This document shows positions 9,868-20,200 of a DNA stretch of 64,000 nucleotides, piece by piece (position 1 is the stretch's first letter; the number at the start of each line of letters is the position of its first letter). A program made the translations under genes and the position numbers. Location of the stretch: contig JBMNLI010000007.1 of assembly GCA_050952645.1 (NCBI GenBank), positions 26,993 through 90,992 of the forward strand. The letters run 5' to 3'. The notes under the pieces were generated by a model. The model was given only the letters and a program-made list of their open reading frames with translations. It did no database searches and was not told where the DNA came from. Source of the stretch: Bdellovibrionota bacterium. GTDB taxonomy: Bacteria; Bdellovibrionota_C; UBA2361; CAKMMH01.

Positions 9868-10139
9868 AGAAATTTGAAACGTTTGTTAAATACTTATTTC
9901 ATTACAGTTATTATTTTTATATTGTGAATTAAGGTTTGTAATTATATAATCTTCTTTAACCGAGTTATTTTTATTACTTATCGTAATGTATTTATAGCAG
10001 TATATACTTTTTTAAGTTTTAAAATTTTCCAAATATTATTTTCAAAAATATAATTTTTTTAAAATGTTGTAAAAGTATTATATAAGATTTTAATTATGTT
10101 AAACCTAAATAACAACCAAAAAAATTTTATCAAAAATAG

Positions 10140-13100
10140 GTGCAAGCTCTATCTAAAGATTGTCCTACTATATGTAAATTTTGGATTACGGCTTATAATT
10201 TAGCATTATCGAAAAAGGTGGCAACCCCTAAGCAACTAGGCTTTAAATATTTTGAGTTAAAAGGGGAGCCGTGTATAGCTAAGTATGCTATTTTAATTCC
10301 TGGTATAAAATTAGATAATGATAGTATAAAGACTACTAAACTCCCTGGGAGTTTGTGGAAGAAGGAAGAATATGCAGATTTTGTTCCCGTTGATAAAGAA
10401 AGTGAGACGATAAAACTTAGGACAATGAAGGGAGGGAAGATTTTTATTAAGTCTGGTATAATATTAGATATATTTAAGTTGTTAGATGAGGAGTTTCCTG
10501 TAGCAGGTTCGTTTCATGTAGGTTTTTTTAGGACTGCGCAAATTTTCGATACATCTAGTTCACCTAAGGGGAGTTCGTCTAGTAGTAGTTCATCATCTAG
10601 CAGTTCATCGTCTAGTAGGAGTAGTAGTTTATCTAGTAGCAGTGCATCTAGTAGTAGCAGCTCATCTCTAAGTTCTTCTAGCAGTAGTAGTTTAAGTAGT
10701 TCTAGCTCATCACCAAGTAGTAGTTCGTCTAGTTCTTTAAGTTCAAGCTTATCATCTAGTAGTAGTAGTTCATCTAGTAAGAGTTCGTCTTCTAGTAGCA
10801 AAAGTAGCTCATCTAGTTCTTCTAGCAGTTCTTTAAATCCTAGTTCATCTTCTAGTAGTAAGAGTCCGTCGTTTAGCAGTTCAAGTAAGAGCAGTTCTAG
10901 TTCTAGTAAGAGTTCTTCGCCTAGTAGTAGTAGTTCATCTAGTTCTTTAAGTTTAAGTTCTTCTTCTAGTAAGAGCAGTTCGTCTAGTAGCAGTTCTTTA
11001 AGTTCTAGTTTATCGTCTAGTAGTAGTAAAAGCAGTTCTAGTTCTAGTAAGAGTTCATCGTCAAGTAGCTCTTTAAGTCCTAGTTCAAGCAAGAGTTCTT
11101 CATCTAGCAGTTCTAGCTCTTCATCTAGTAAGAGTTCATCGTCATTTAGCAAAAGCAGTTCGAGCAAGAGTAGTTCGCCAAGTAGCAGTTCTTCTAGTTC
11201 TTTAAGTAGTAAGAGTAGCTCACCAAGTTCATCAAGTAAAAGCAGTTCATCACCTAGTAGTAGTTCTTCTTCTAGTAGTTTAAGTAGCTTGCCACCAGAG
11301 CCTCCTATTACATCGCCTAGCACTAGTTCTTATTCTAGTAGTTCTTCGTCTAGTAGTAGTAAGAAGCCACCACTACCGCCAGTAAATCCATCTAGTAGTA
11401 GCTTTTCTAGTGAAAGTGAAGATTCCACTTCGAGTGTGCCAGTTGGTGGCTGCAAACCAGATGAAGATTTTTGTTTTGGATTATGTTGCAAGAAAGGAAT
11501 GTGTCGTTATATGACCGATGGGCTTGGAAATGTTATTGCTTGGTGGTGTGATACTCAAAGTTCTTCAGCATCATCTTTACCGCCAGTAATTATAAGTGAA
11601 AGTTTTTCTTCTTTCTCGAGTGAAAGCTCATCAGAAAGTAGCTTATCTAGTGAGAGTTCGTCTGAGAGTTCTTTTGAAAGTGTTTCTGAAAGTGTTTTAT
11701 CGAGTGAAAGTGAAAGTTCGGCTAGTTTTTCTTCAGCGTGTCCTCCTGAGAGGCAGTGTGATTATCTTTGTTGTGAAGAGGGGGAGGAGTGTAAAACGTA
11801 TTTACAAGAAAATGCAGACGGTGAGATTATTCCAATTCCTAGTTGTGAGAAAGTGAGTGAAAGCTCGTCTAGTTTTTCTTCTGAGACGTTTAGCAGTGAA
11901 AGTTTATCTAGTGCTTCTTTAGCGTGTCCTTCTGATAGGCAGTGTGGGCATTTATGTTGCGAGGAAGGCGAAACGTGTAGTATAGAGGTGCAGGAAGAAG
12001 GAGAAGATATTTATATCGTATATAATTGTGTAAAAGAGAGTGTAAGTTCTAGTGAAAGCTCTTTAAAAAGTGTAGCTTCGAGCGAAAGCTTAGAAAGTAG
12101 TAGTTCAAGCAGTTCTTCTAGTTCTTTAAGTTCTAGTTCGAGTAAGAGTAGCTCACCAAGTTCATCATCTCCAAGTAGTTCAAGCAGTTCTTCTAGCTCT
12201 TCACCTAGTAGTAGCAGTTCGCCTAGTTCTTCTAGTAGTTCTAGTAAAAGCAGTTCGAGTTCATCTAGTTCTAGTAAGAGTAGCTCGCCTAGTTCATCTA
12301 GTTTAAGTAGCTCTTCTTCTAGTTCATCATCTTCAAGTAGTTCAAGCAGTTCTTCTAGTTCTTTAAGTTCTAGTTCATCATCTAGTTTTAGTAGTAGCAG
12401 TTCTTCTTCATGCAGTGAAGGTACGGAAATGTGCGGAGACGTTTGTTGCGACCCTAATAAATGTAATTCTGATACTTGTTGCCCTAACGAAGATCCTGTG
12501 CCGTGTGGAGATGAGCCGTGTTGTGATAGAAATCAATGTAATTCTGATGATTTCTGTTGCCCATCTGATCAAGTTCCGCTAAATGATGAGTGCGTAGATC
12601 CTTGTGATAATTGTTGCGATGATAGAGAAGATACTTTTGTATATACAAATTCTTATGGGACTGAAATAACTCGTTGTTGTCCTCAAGGGACTGTTTATCG
12701 CACACCACAAGGTAATTTATGGTGTGATGCTAACACATGTCGAAATGGTGATGGAACTGTAAATGCGACAGAAAAGCCGTGCAAAGTTGGTTATATTTAT
12801 TCTTCGCATCCTCACCCTGTTTTTGTGTGTTGTCGCCCAGAGCTATGCATAGCAGATGAAAATAATCCAGGTTATTATATATGCGATAACCAGTCTAGCA
12901 GTAGCGTTTCTTCTTCGCAAAGTCAAGATAGCGATAGCTTATCTAGTAGTAGTTTATCTTCAAGCAGTAGTTCATTATCTAGTAGCTCATCTAGTAAAAG
13001 TTCTTCTTCAAGTAGTAGTTCGCTATCTAGTTACTCATCTAGTAGCGATACTAGTAAAGAATCTATTTCCTCTGCTTCTATTTGTGTAAATGGAAGTGAT

Positions 13101-13610
13101 GCAAGAGGAAATTGTTGTGAAGATGGGACAACAGAATGTGGTGATGTGTGTTGTACTATTGGAAAGTGTTTAAAAGCTCGTCGTGAATGTTGCCCAGAAG
13201 GGACTACTCCAAATGAAACTACAAAAAAATGTGAGGCACAGTGTTCAGATTGTTGCGACCTTGAATATGAATATCAGGTATATAGCAATATGTATGGTAT
13301 GCAGGTTATCACGTGTTGCCCAATTGGTGCTACGTGCGATGATTCTGGAAATGTTCAATGTGTAGGAGGGAAAACCCTTAGAACTGTTTATGCATATAGT
13401 ACCGACCCAAATACTTATAAGAGTTATAGTGGGTGCTGTATAGATGAAAATTGGGAGCCAAATGGACAATTTGTTCCATGTTCTGGTTGTGTTCCTATTC
13501 AATTATATAAATGTGGAAGTGGTTCTACTAGTAGTTCAATATCTGAAAGTACATCTATAGATAGCTTAGATGCAAGCACTTCGGCTACTAGTCATAGTAG
13601 TAATACGTGA
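10140..13610 (+). CDS. Very large Ser-rich low-complexity protein with Cys-rich modules; true start uncertain
   Basis: 1156-codon ORF; poly-Ser tracts alternating with CC/CG..CC-rich units; GTG start has no RBS and no signal peptide is visible. Confidence 0.8.
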   Translation: MQALSKDCPTICKFWITAYNLALSKKVATPKQLGFKYFELKGEPCIAKYAILIPGIKLDNDSIKTTKLPGSLWKKEEYADFVPVDKESETIKLRTMKGGKIFIKSGIILDIFKLLDEEFPVAGSFHVGFFRTAQIFDTSSSPKGSSSSSSSSSSSSSSSRSSSLSSSSASSSSSSSLSSSSSSSLSSSSSSPSSSSSSSLSSSLSSSSSSSSSKSSSSSSKSSSSSSSSSSLNPSSSSSSKSPSFSSSSKSSSSSSKSSSPSSSSSSSSLSLSSSSSKSSSSSSSSLSSSLSSSSSKSSSSSSKSSSSSSSLSPSSSKSSSSSSSSSSSSKSSSSFSKSSSSKSSSPSSSSSSSLSSKSSSPSSSSKSSSSPSSSSSSSSLSSLPPEPPITSPSTSSYSSSSSSSSSKKPPLPPVNPSSSSFSSESEDSTSSVPVGGCKPDEDFCFGLCCKKGMCRYMTDGLGNVIAWWCDTQSSSASSLPPVIISESFSSFSSESSSESSLSSESSSESSFESVSESVLSSESESSASFSSACPPERQCDYLCCEEGEECKTYLQENADGEIIPIPSCEKVSESSSSFSSETFSSESLSSASLACPSDRQCGHLCCEEGETCSIEVQEEGEDIYIVYNCVKESVSSSESSLKSVASSESLESSSSSSSSSSLSSSSSKSSSPSSSSPSSSSSSSSSSPSSSSSPSSSSSSSKSSSSSSSSSKSSSPSSSSLSSSSSSSSSSSSSSSSSSSLSSSSSSSFSSSSSSSCSEGTEMCGDVCCDPNKCNSDTCCPNEDPVPCGDEPCCDRNQCNSDDFCCPSDQVPLNDECVDPCDNCCDDREDTFVYTNSYGTEITRCCPQGTVYRTPQGNLWCDANTCRNGDGTVNATEKPCKVGYIYSSHPHPVFVCCRPELCIADENNPGYYICDNQSSSSVSSSQSQDSDSLSSSSLSSSSSSLSSSSSSKSSSSSSSSLSSYSSSSDTSKESISSASICVNGSDARGNCCEDGTTECGDVCCTIGKCLKARRECCPEGTTPNETTKKCEAQCSDCCDLEYEYQVYSNMYGMQVITCCPIGATCDDSGNVQCVGGKTLRTVYAYSTDPNTYKSYSGCCIDENWEPNGQFVPCSGCVPIQLYKCGSGSTSSSISESTSIDSLDASTSATSHSSNT

Positions 13611-13638
13611 TTATAAAATCTTATTAAATAAAAAAATA

Positions 13639-13663
13639 GGCAAGAAGAAAATTTCTTCTTGCC
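13639..13663. terminator. Hairpin terminator between convergent genes
   Basis: ggcaagaagaaa/tttcttcttgcc stem preceded by an A tract (U tract on the minus strand). Confidence 0.7.
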
Positions 13664-13699
13664 CTTCAATGGAAAGCTAGCTAAATGCAAAGGTTTTCA

Positions 13700-14452
13700 T
13701 TATTTATAAATCTCAATAACGTAAAGTATTCTTTCTAAAATACCTTCATTCTTGTTTTCACGATTTAAACCAATGATGTAGACATTTTCCTTAGTAAACA
13801 TTCCAAAAGTTGCGGCTTTACACATCCACCAATGATTTTGAAATTGAATTCCAGAGTCTAATGTATACTCATCTTGCATGGATTTCAAAAACACCCCAGG
13901 ATCTAAGATTACATCTTCACCATTACTATCAGCGACATATCTTTTTTCCCTTACAATAGGGTTAAGCGTATTGATTCCATCAATTAATGGCTTTTTACTC
14001 TTATTAACCCAAATATAAGGGCTAGCATCTATTGGCTCTTTATCAAAATCCCAATTGTAATCGAGTCTTCCGTAAAAATCTTCTTCACTGTCTTCAACGA
14101 CAGTAATTTTCTTTGAATAATTCTCTATCTTTTTAGGTTTAGCTCTTCCATCCCTGAACCAATAGCCATCTTTTTCAACAGCACTAACGATTTTAGAAAG
14201 CTCGTTGTTAATAGGTTCAGTGCTAACTTGTGAAACCTCTTCATTGAGAAGATTAGTTGCATCGACTGCCTTTGTAGCTTCTTGATTTTCATCGACTGCA
14301 TCGTTTGGATAAGATGCTACGTTGTCATTTTTTTCCACCTTAGTTGCGTCGGGTGGAACGATGGGAGTTTCTGGTTTTTTTTCTTTGCAACCTCCAAGAA
14401 GCAAGCAAAGGGAAACGACAAATAAGGCTGACAGGATAGAAAATTTATTCAT
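13700..14452 (-). CDS. Lipoprotein of unknown function, paralog 1
   Basis: Start reassigned to ATG 14452 (MNKFSILSALFVVSLCLLLGGC lipobox; aaggag RBS); shares KDGYWF.DG and W.NK.KKPL with the neighbouring gene. Confidence 0.85.
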   Translation of the reverse strand: MNKFSILSALFVVSLCLLLGGCKEKKPETPIVPPDATKVEKNDNVASYPNDAVDENQEATKAVDATNLLNEEVSQVSTEPINNELSKIVSAVEKDGYWFRDGRAKPKKIENYSKKITVVEDSEEDFYGRLDYNWDFDKEPIDASPYIWVNKSKKPLIDGINTLNPIVREKRYVADSNGEDVILDPGVFLKSMQDEYTLDSGIQFQNHWWMCKAATFGMFTKENVYIIGLNRENKNEGILERILYVIEIYK

Positions 14453-14684
14453 TTTCTTTCTCCTTTTTTTTCTAGTTATCAAACATGTAAAACATATTTG
14501 AAAATATCTTTGGAACGCTTTACATAAACCCATATTATGTAAAGTTTTGCGTTAGATCCTAGCGATATAGTAAAGAATATTGCAAATCTTACGCAAATAT
14601 ACATATAAAATCAAAATTCTTATCAATTTAAATCAAAGAAACTTTGATAATGACAACCTTAAAGTGTTCTTAAACACTTTAATT

Positions 14685-14713
14685 ATTTTCTCAAAAATAA
14701 GCTTTTTAGTCAA
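14685..14713 (-). promoter_or_regulatory. sigma70-type promoter TTGACT-N17-GAAAAT for lipoprotein 1
   Basis: Same motif and spacing recurs upstream of the paralog at 15704..15732. Confidence 0.5.
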
Positions 14714-14788
14714 TTTTTATGAATATACGTTAGAGTTTTTTTTGTGGGGAGACATTTTTTATATAGATATGTATTGATGTTAAATAAA

Positions 14789-14835
14789 ATTTTAGGCAAG
14801 GATAACAGATAGTTTGCCGTTTCCTTGCCTAAAAT
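14789..14835 (-). terminator. Terminator after lipoprotein 2
   Basis: Perfect 14-bp inverted repeat attttaggcaagga/tccttgcctaaaat just past the stop codon. Confidence 0.7.
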
Positions 14836-14844
14836 AAGGTAAAA

Positions 14845-15525
14845 CTAGTTCAGTTTAAGTACAGCGATATATTCTTTATTTTTCCAATCCCACCAAAACA
14901 CCCAAATTTCCTCTTGTGCATAAAACCCCTGCTTTGACATGTCTGAGCAGTATAGTTCTACATTTATGAACGTTACGCCATTTTCGAATTTGTATTCTTC
15001 TAATGGTCCTTTCTTAAAGAGTGTGCAAGCGTCGATATTATACAACACGTTTTTCGTTTTAGCAGAAGCTAATGCTTCAAAGGTATCCATTCCAACTGTT
15101 AGTGGCTTTTTGTTCTTATTTATCCATATAAGAGTATAAGTATTTGAAGGAGTTTTTTCATCATTAAGTAAAAATCGATTAATAAAATGACCAAAAACTC
15201 CATCTTCAGAATCAAGCCAAACTCTCAACCGATCGGCGTTATTTTCCATTCTTTCAGGCTTTGTTCCATCTTTAAACCAATAGCCATCTTTTTTAACTGC
15301 TTTGATGATTTCAGCGAACTTGCCACTAATAGGTTCGTCTGTATTTTGAGAAACGTTTTCTCGGGTAGCGTCGAGTTCTCCGTCAGTATTTTGTGTCTGT
15401 ATTGCAGGTTGCTGAGCTTCTGTAGGCATGGCGTTTTCATTGTTTCCTTTGCAACCAACGACAAAGAAAGCAAGGCAAATGACCAAAATAACCGATACAA
15501 ACAAATTAGTGTTAAACTTTTTCAT
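14845..15525 (-). CDS. Lipoprotein of unknown function, paralog 2
   Basis: MKKFNTNLFVSVILVICLAFFVVGC lipobox; homologous to 13700..14452. Confidence 0.85.
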   Translation of the reverse strand: MKKFNTNLFVSVILVICLAFFVVGCKGNNENAMPTEAQQPAIQTQNTDGELDATRENVSQNTDEPISGKFAEIIKAVKKDGYWFKDGTKPERMENNADRLRVWLDSEDGVFGHFINRFLLNDEKTPSNTYTLIWINKNKKPLTVGMDTFEALASAKTKNVLYNIDACTLFKKGPLEEYKFENGVTFINVELYCSDMSKQGFYAQEEIWVFWWDWKNKEYIAVLKLN

Positions 15526-15703
15526 TTTTGTTTCCTTTAAAAATTCAACCTTGTTGATGTAAAACCCTTTTTAGAGTATACGTTGTTATATACAAAAACG
15601 TTTATAAAACGTCTTATGTCAAAAATAAATACCCTAAATCCCTTAAGATAAAGTTTATGAAATCTAATAAAGTTAGAAACTTATAAACTCACAGACTACT
15701 AAT

Positions 15704-15732
15704 ATTTTCTCAAAATAGCAATTTTTAGTCAA
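15704..15732 (-). promoter_or_regulatory. sigma70-type promoter TTGACT-N17-GAAAAT for lipoprotein 2
   Basis: Duplicate of the motif at 14685..14713. Confidence 0.5.
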
Positions 15733-15924
15733 TTATGTTTTGAAATAGTTAAAGGAAACCTCTAACTTTAATTAGAGTTGTAATAGCTAGGCAAACTAAT
15801 TATTATAAGCTAAATCATAGAGTTAGCCTAATAATATTAAAGAGCTACATTGTTAAGCATCTTTATAAATGTTATTATTTTTCTGTTTAAAAAGAAATTT
15901 AATAGCATTTAATAGGTTTATAGT

Positions 15925-17121
15925 ATGCCAAAATACGATTTAATAATTATAGGTGGTGGGAGTGCTGGGCTAGGAGTTGCAAAAGCTGCAAGCACGGAAA
16001 ATAATAAAAAAATCCTACTTATAGATAAAGATAAATTATCATCAAAAACATCGAACGCAAGCTTAAGAATTATCCACGGCGGGCTTAGATACCTTCAAAA
16101 TTTAGATATTATTAGAGTATGCGAATCTCTTCACGCACAAGATAATCTCCTAAAAAAATATAATGATCATATAGAAAGATTACTATGCGTAATGCCTCTT
16201 AATAAATTCGGACTTAAAAGTAAATACCCGATGATATGCGGTAGCATTTTATATAATATAATTTCATTTTTAATTACAGGAAAATCTAACGGCGCATACG
16301 TCGGAAAAATTAAAAATTATAAAAATGATATAGATATTATAAAAAATAAAAATACATACGCACTTTTTTGGCACGATGCATTACTAAAATCACCACTCTC
16401 ATTTGCTGAAACCATAAAAGACGAACTTATTAAAAATAATGTAGAAATATTAGAAAATGAAAAAGTTTTAAGTATAAAAAAAGATAAACAAGATTTTATA
16501 GTAGAGACTATAAATAACGAAACTATAAATAATAAAACTAGAAATAATAAAACAGGAAATAACGAAGCTAGAAATAATAAAACTAAAAATAATGAAACTA
16601 GCGATACCCAAGAATTTAGTGCAAAATACGTAGTTAATACTACCGGCCCTTGGCTAGAAGAGATAAAAACTAGCGATAATTTAAAAATATATAATAAAAA
16701 TTATAAATGGTGTAAAGCTTTTAATATTATACTAAACAAGAAAGCTAATTTTAAAGAAGCAGTTGGAGTGTTCGGCGAAGATAATAGAGCATTCTTTATA
16801 GTGCCTCGTGATGGCTTTATTTGCGTTGGCACTTGGTACGTGCCATTTAGTGGAGATTTAGAAAATATCGCCCCTTCAAAAGATGAGGTTCAAGCATTTA
16901 TGTCTTCTTTTAATAAGGTTGATTTAAATGTAAAGATAACTCTAGATAATATAAAAGAATTAGAAGCTGGGATACTCCCTATGAAAAAAGTCGGAAAAGC
17001 AGGACCGGTTTTATATGGATTAGAAAAAATAAGCATAAACGATAACTACGTAAGAGTATTAAGCACAAAATACACGACATTTTTATCGCAAGGAAAAAAG
17101 GTTAAGAAGTTGATTAAGTAA
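15925..17121 (+). CDS. FAD-dependent oxidoreductase, glycerol-3-phosphate dehydrogenase (GlpD)-like, short form
   Basis: IIIGGGSAG dinucleotide fold; SSKTSNASLRIIHGGLRYLQ GlpD-like motif; VVNTTGPW. Confidence 0.8.
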   Translation: MPKYDLIIIGGGSAGLGVAKAASTENNKKILLIDKDKLSSKTSNASLRIIHGGLRYLQNLDIIRVCESLHAQDNLLKKYNDHIERLLCVMPLNKFGLKSKYPMICGSILYNIISFLITGKSNGAYVGKIKNYKNDIDIIKNKNTYALFWHDALLKSPLSFAETIKDELIKNNVEILENEKVLSIKKDKQDFIVETINNETINNKTRNNKTGNNEARNNKTKNNETSDTQEFSAKYVVNTTGPWLEEIKTSDNLKIYNKNYKWCKAFNIILNKKANFKEAVGVFGEDNRAFFIVPRDGFICVGTWYVPFSGDLENIAPSKDEVQAFMSSFNKVDLNVKITLDNIKELEAGILPMKKVGKAGPVLYGLEKISINDNYVRVLSTKYTTFLSQGKKVKKLIK

Positions 17122-17284
17122 GAGGTTTGCACGTTTAGGTTTGCACGTTTTAAAGCGAGAAAAAAAATTAAAGCGAGAAAAAATTAAAGTAAGAAAAAAA
17201 ATTTGCGAATTTTAACTTAAAAAAATCGTGCAATATATATTTTTTTTTAAATGCTAAATAGCTTTTTATATTTTAGAATATTTT

Positions 17285-20200
17285 ATGAAAAATTTTTTTA
17301 AAAATAATAAGATACTTATTTTTATATTATTATTTGCAGCAACGCTAAGGTTCTTAAATTTAGGCTTCCAAATAGGAAGCCACCCCGATGAGCGTGGGAT
17401 AGTGATGATTTCACTAAACACGGCTACAAATAATTATAATCCTCAAAACTTTCACTATGGACATTTCGTTTATTACTTGCTTTTTTTCTCATCACAATTT
17501 TTTAAATACTTAAGCGGCACTTTCCCTAAAATAGAAATTTTTAAATTTTTATCATCTTACGACGGTGCATTTTATATAGGTAGAAGCTACGCCGTAGTGC
17601 TAAGTTTAATTACAATTTTTTTTACATACTTATTAAGTTATAGATTGTTTAATAAAAAAATAGCACTATATTCTTCATTTTTTTTAGCGACTAATCCCTT
17701 TTTTATTTCTCTTTCTAGATATTATACGACAGATATATTCGTCGTATGCTTTATGGTAATGAGCGCTTACTACGCCTTAAAAGCATACGAGTTAAGTTCA
17801 TACAAAAATTATTTACTAAGCGTTTTCTTAGCATCTTTAGGCTTTACTAGTAAAATAAGCATAGCTATGCTTGTTTTCCCTTTAACGTATATTTTTATCT
17901 TGTTTTTACTTAAGAACAAAAACTACAAATCTTTTAAATTCTATTTTCAATACGTTTTAGTTCCAATAGCACTAAGTCTTTTAACGATTTTTATTTTTGA
18001 GCCGTTTTTATTTTTAGATTTTAGTTCGTTTATAAAAGACAACAAGTTGCAACTAGATATGATTAAGGGAAAATATATGCCTCCTTACACGAGACAATAT
18101 CTTGAAACTAGCAGGGTTTTATACCATCTAGAGCAGATGCTTTTTTATACTATTAGACCAGTAGGCTTTATACTTATGATTTTAGGATTTTATTCTTTGT
18201 ATGGTAAATGTAGCAAATGCACTAAATATACTAAAAAAGAAAATTTTAAATTAGCAAAAATATTTTTATTCTTACTTGTAGTTCCCGCATTTTTAATTAC
18301 TAGCACTTATTTTGTAAAGTTTCCAAGATATTTACTAAGCATTTATCCATACCTTATGATTTTCGTAGCGTTAGGAGTAGTTTTCTTTAAAAATTATAAA
18401 GAAAAAGTGGTTGGAATTTTTGCTATAATTGTTTCAATTATTCTTGCGCTAGATAGCATTTCAATATATTTTAAAGAGCATTCATACGTTGTAGCTTCAA
18501 GATGGATTTATGAAAATGTGCCAAAATTTTCTACTATCGCAAATCCTCATTGGGATGATGTTTTGCCGCTTCATCTTCCTAATATTTCAGCAAGCGATTT
18601 TAAATATAATTATCACACTAGAGAACAAGAGTTAGCTCTTTATGAAGAAAGCACTGATAGCAACTTAGAAAAATTTGCAAACACTCTATTAAATGCTGAT
18701 TATATAACGTTTCCTGCTGATAGAATGTTTCGTGGTATTTTAGATAAGTTTTCACAAAATAGAGAGTATTCAATAAAAATATTAAGTAGCCTATTTGATG
18801 GTTCTCTAGGTTTTGAAAAAGTCTACGTTTATAAATCGCTCTCTTTGTTATCGACGCTTGGAGTTTATAGCGATGATTTAGCTGACGAGAGTTTAACTGG
18901 ATATTCAAATCCTAAAACGTATATTTTTAAAAAAGTAAAGCAATTAAACTTAGATGAGTTAAAAGATACGATAAAAACGCCGAATAATAAAAAGATATTA
19001 GATAAAGTTTTAAAAGAGAAAAACTTTGATATCAATTCTCTCGTTGTAGATTTATCTACGCCTAGAAAATCTTCTACATTTTTTACTTCTATTTATTACA
19101 TAATTTTTTGGCTTATCGCCGTCGACTTGATGTCGATGTATATATTGCCATTCTTATTTATAGTTTGTAAAAATTTTCGAGATAAAGGCTACGGAATATT
19201 TAGAGTTTTAGGCTTGGTAGTTTTTGCATTCGTAGTTTGGATATTAGCTATCGTATTTGGCTTTAAAATTACGAGATTTAATCTATTCGTCGTTTTACTT
19301 TCTCTTTACGTAGTTTCATATTGGTTTGCAAAAATAAAAAATATAAAAATTTTAGATATTAAAGAAGCGTTCTTAAAAAATATACTAAAAATAGAAGTGT
19401 TTTATTTATCTATATTTTTAATTTTTGCAATTTTTAAATTTCTTTCTCCTGAAATTGTGTGGGGCGAAAAAACTATGGACTTAGGTTTCTTAAATTATTT
19501 TATAAGATTAGAAACTCTTCCTTGCGGCGACCCTTGGTCTGTCGGCAGTAAGTTATCTTATTATTTCTTTGGATATTTTACGTTTAGTCTAATACATAAA
19601 TTATTCTTAATTCCTTCAGAATACGGCTTTAATTTATCGCTTATCTTATCGGCTTCAATGCTTGCAACATCGCTTCTTACATTGTTTTACTACTTTAAAA
19701 AATCGATTAATTTTTCAATCTTTGCATCAGCTAGCGTTTTGCTTCTTTCAAATCTTGAAATGTTTTATATATACTTTTTTGATAAAACTAAAGTGTGGCA
19801 ATTAAACTTTGATTTATATTGGAAAGCCGCTAGAGTTCATGAAAAATATTCGCATGCTATAAGTGAGTTCCCTTTCTGGTCTTTTATTTTTTCCGACCTT
19901 CATCCACACGTAATGGCGATGCCAATTTTTATTTGTATGCTTATATGCTTTGCTTATATCTACAAAGAAGAAAAATATAATAAATTATTTTTTATACTTT
20001 TTCCTATAACTGCAGTAGTTTTATGTATGACAAATACTTGGGATGTAGTGTCTATTTCTTTTCTTGCAACCGTTTTTACGCTACTTTTAATATTTTTTAA
20101 ATGTAGAAAATCTCTCTATGTAATAAAAACTTTTTTTATTTTAAGCATAATTTCATTAGTCTTCTTTTGCCCATTTTATCTTTATCATTTATCGGCTTCG

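Noticed and set aside
10514-11323. 269-aa Leu/Glu/Asp-rich antisense ORF
   Set aside because: Shadow of the poly-Ser codons on the opposite strand; no RBS or domain.
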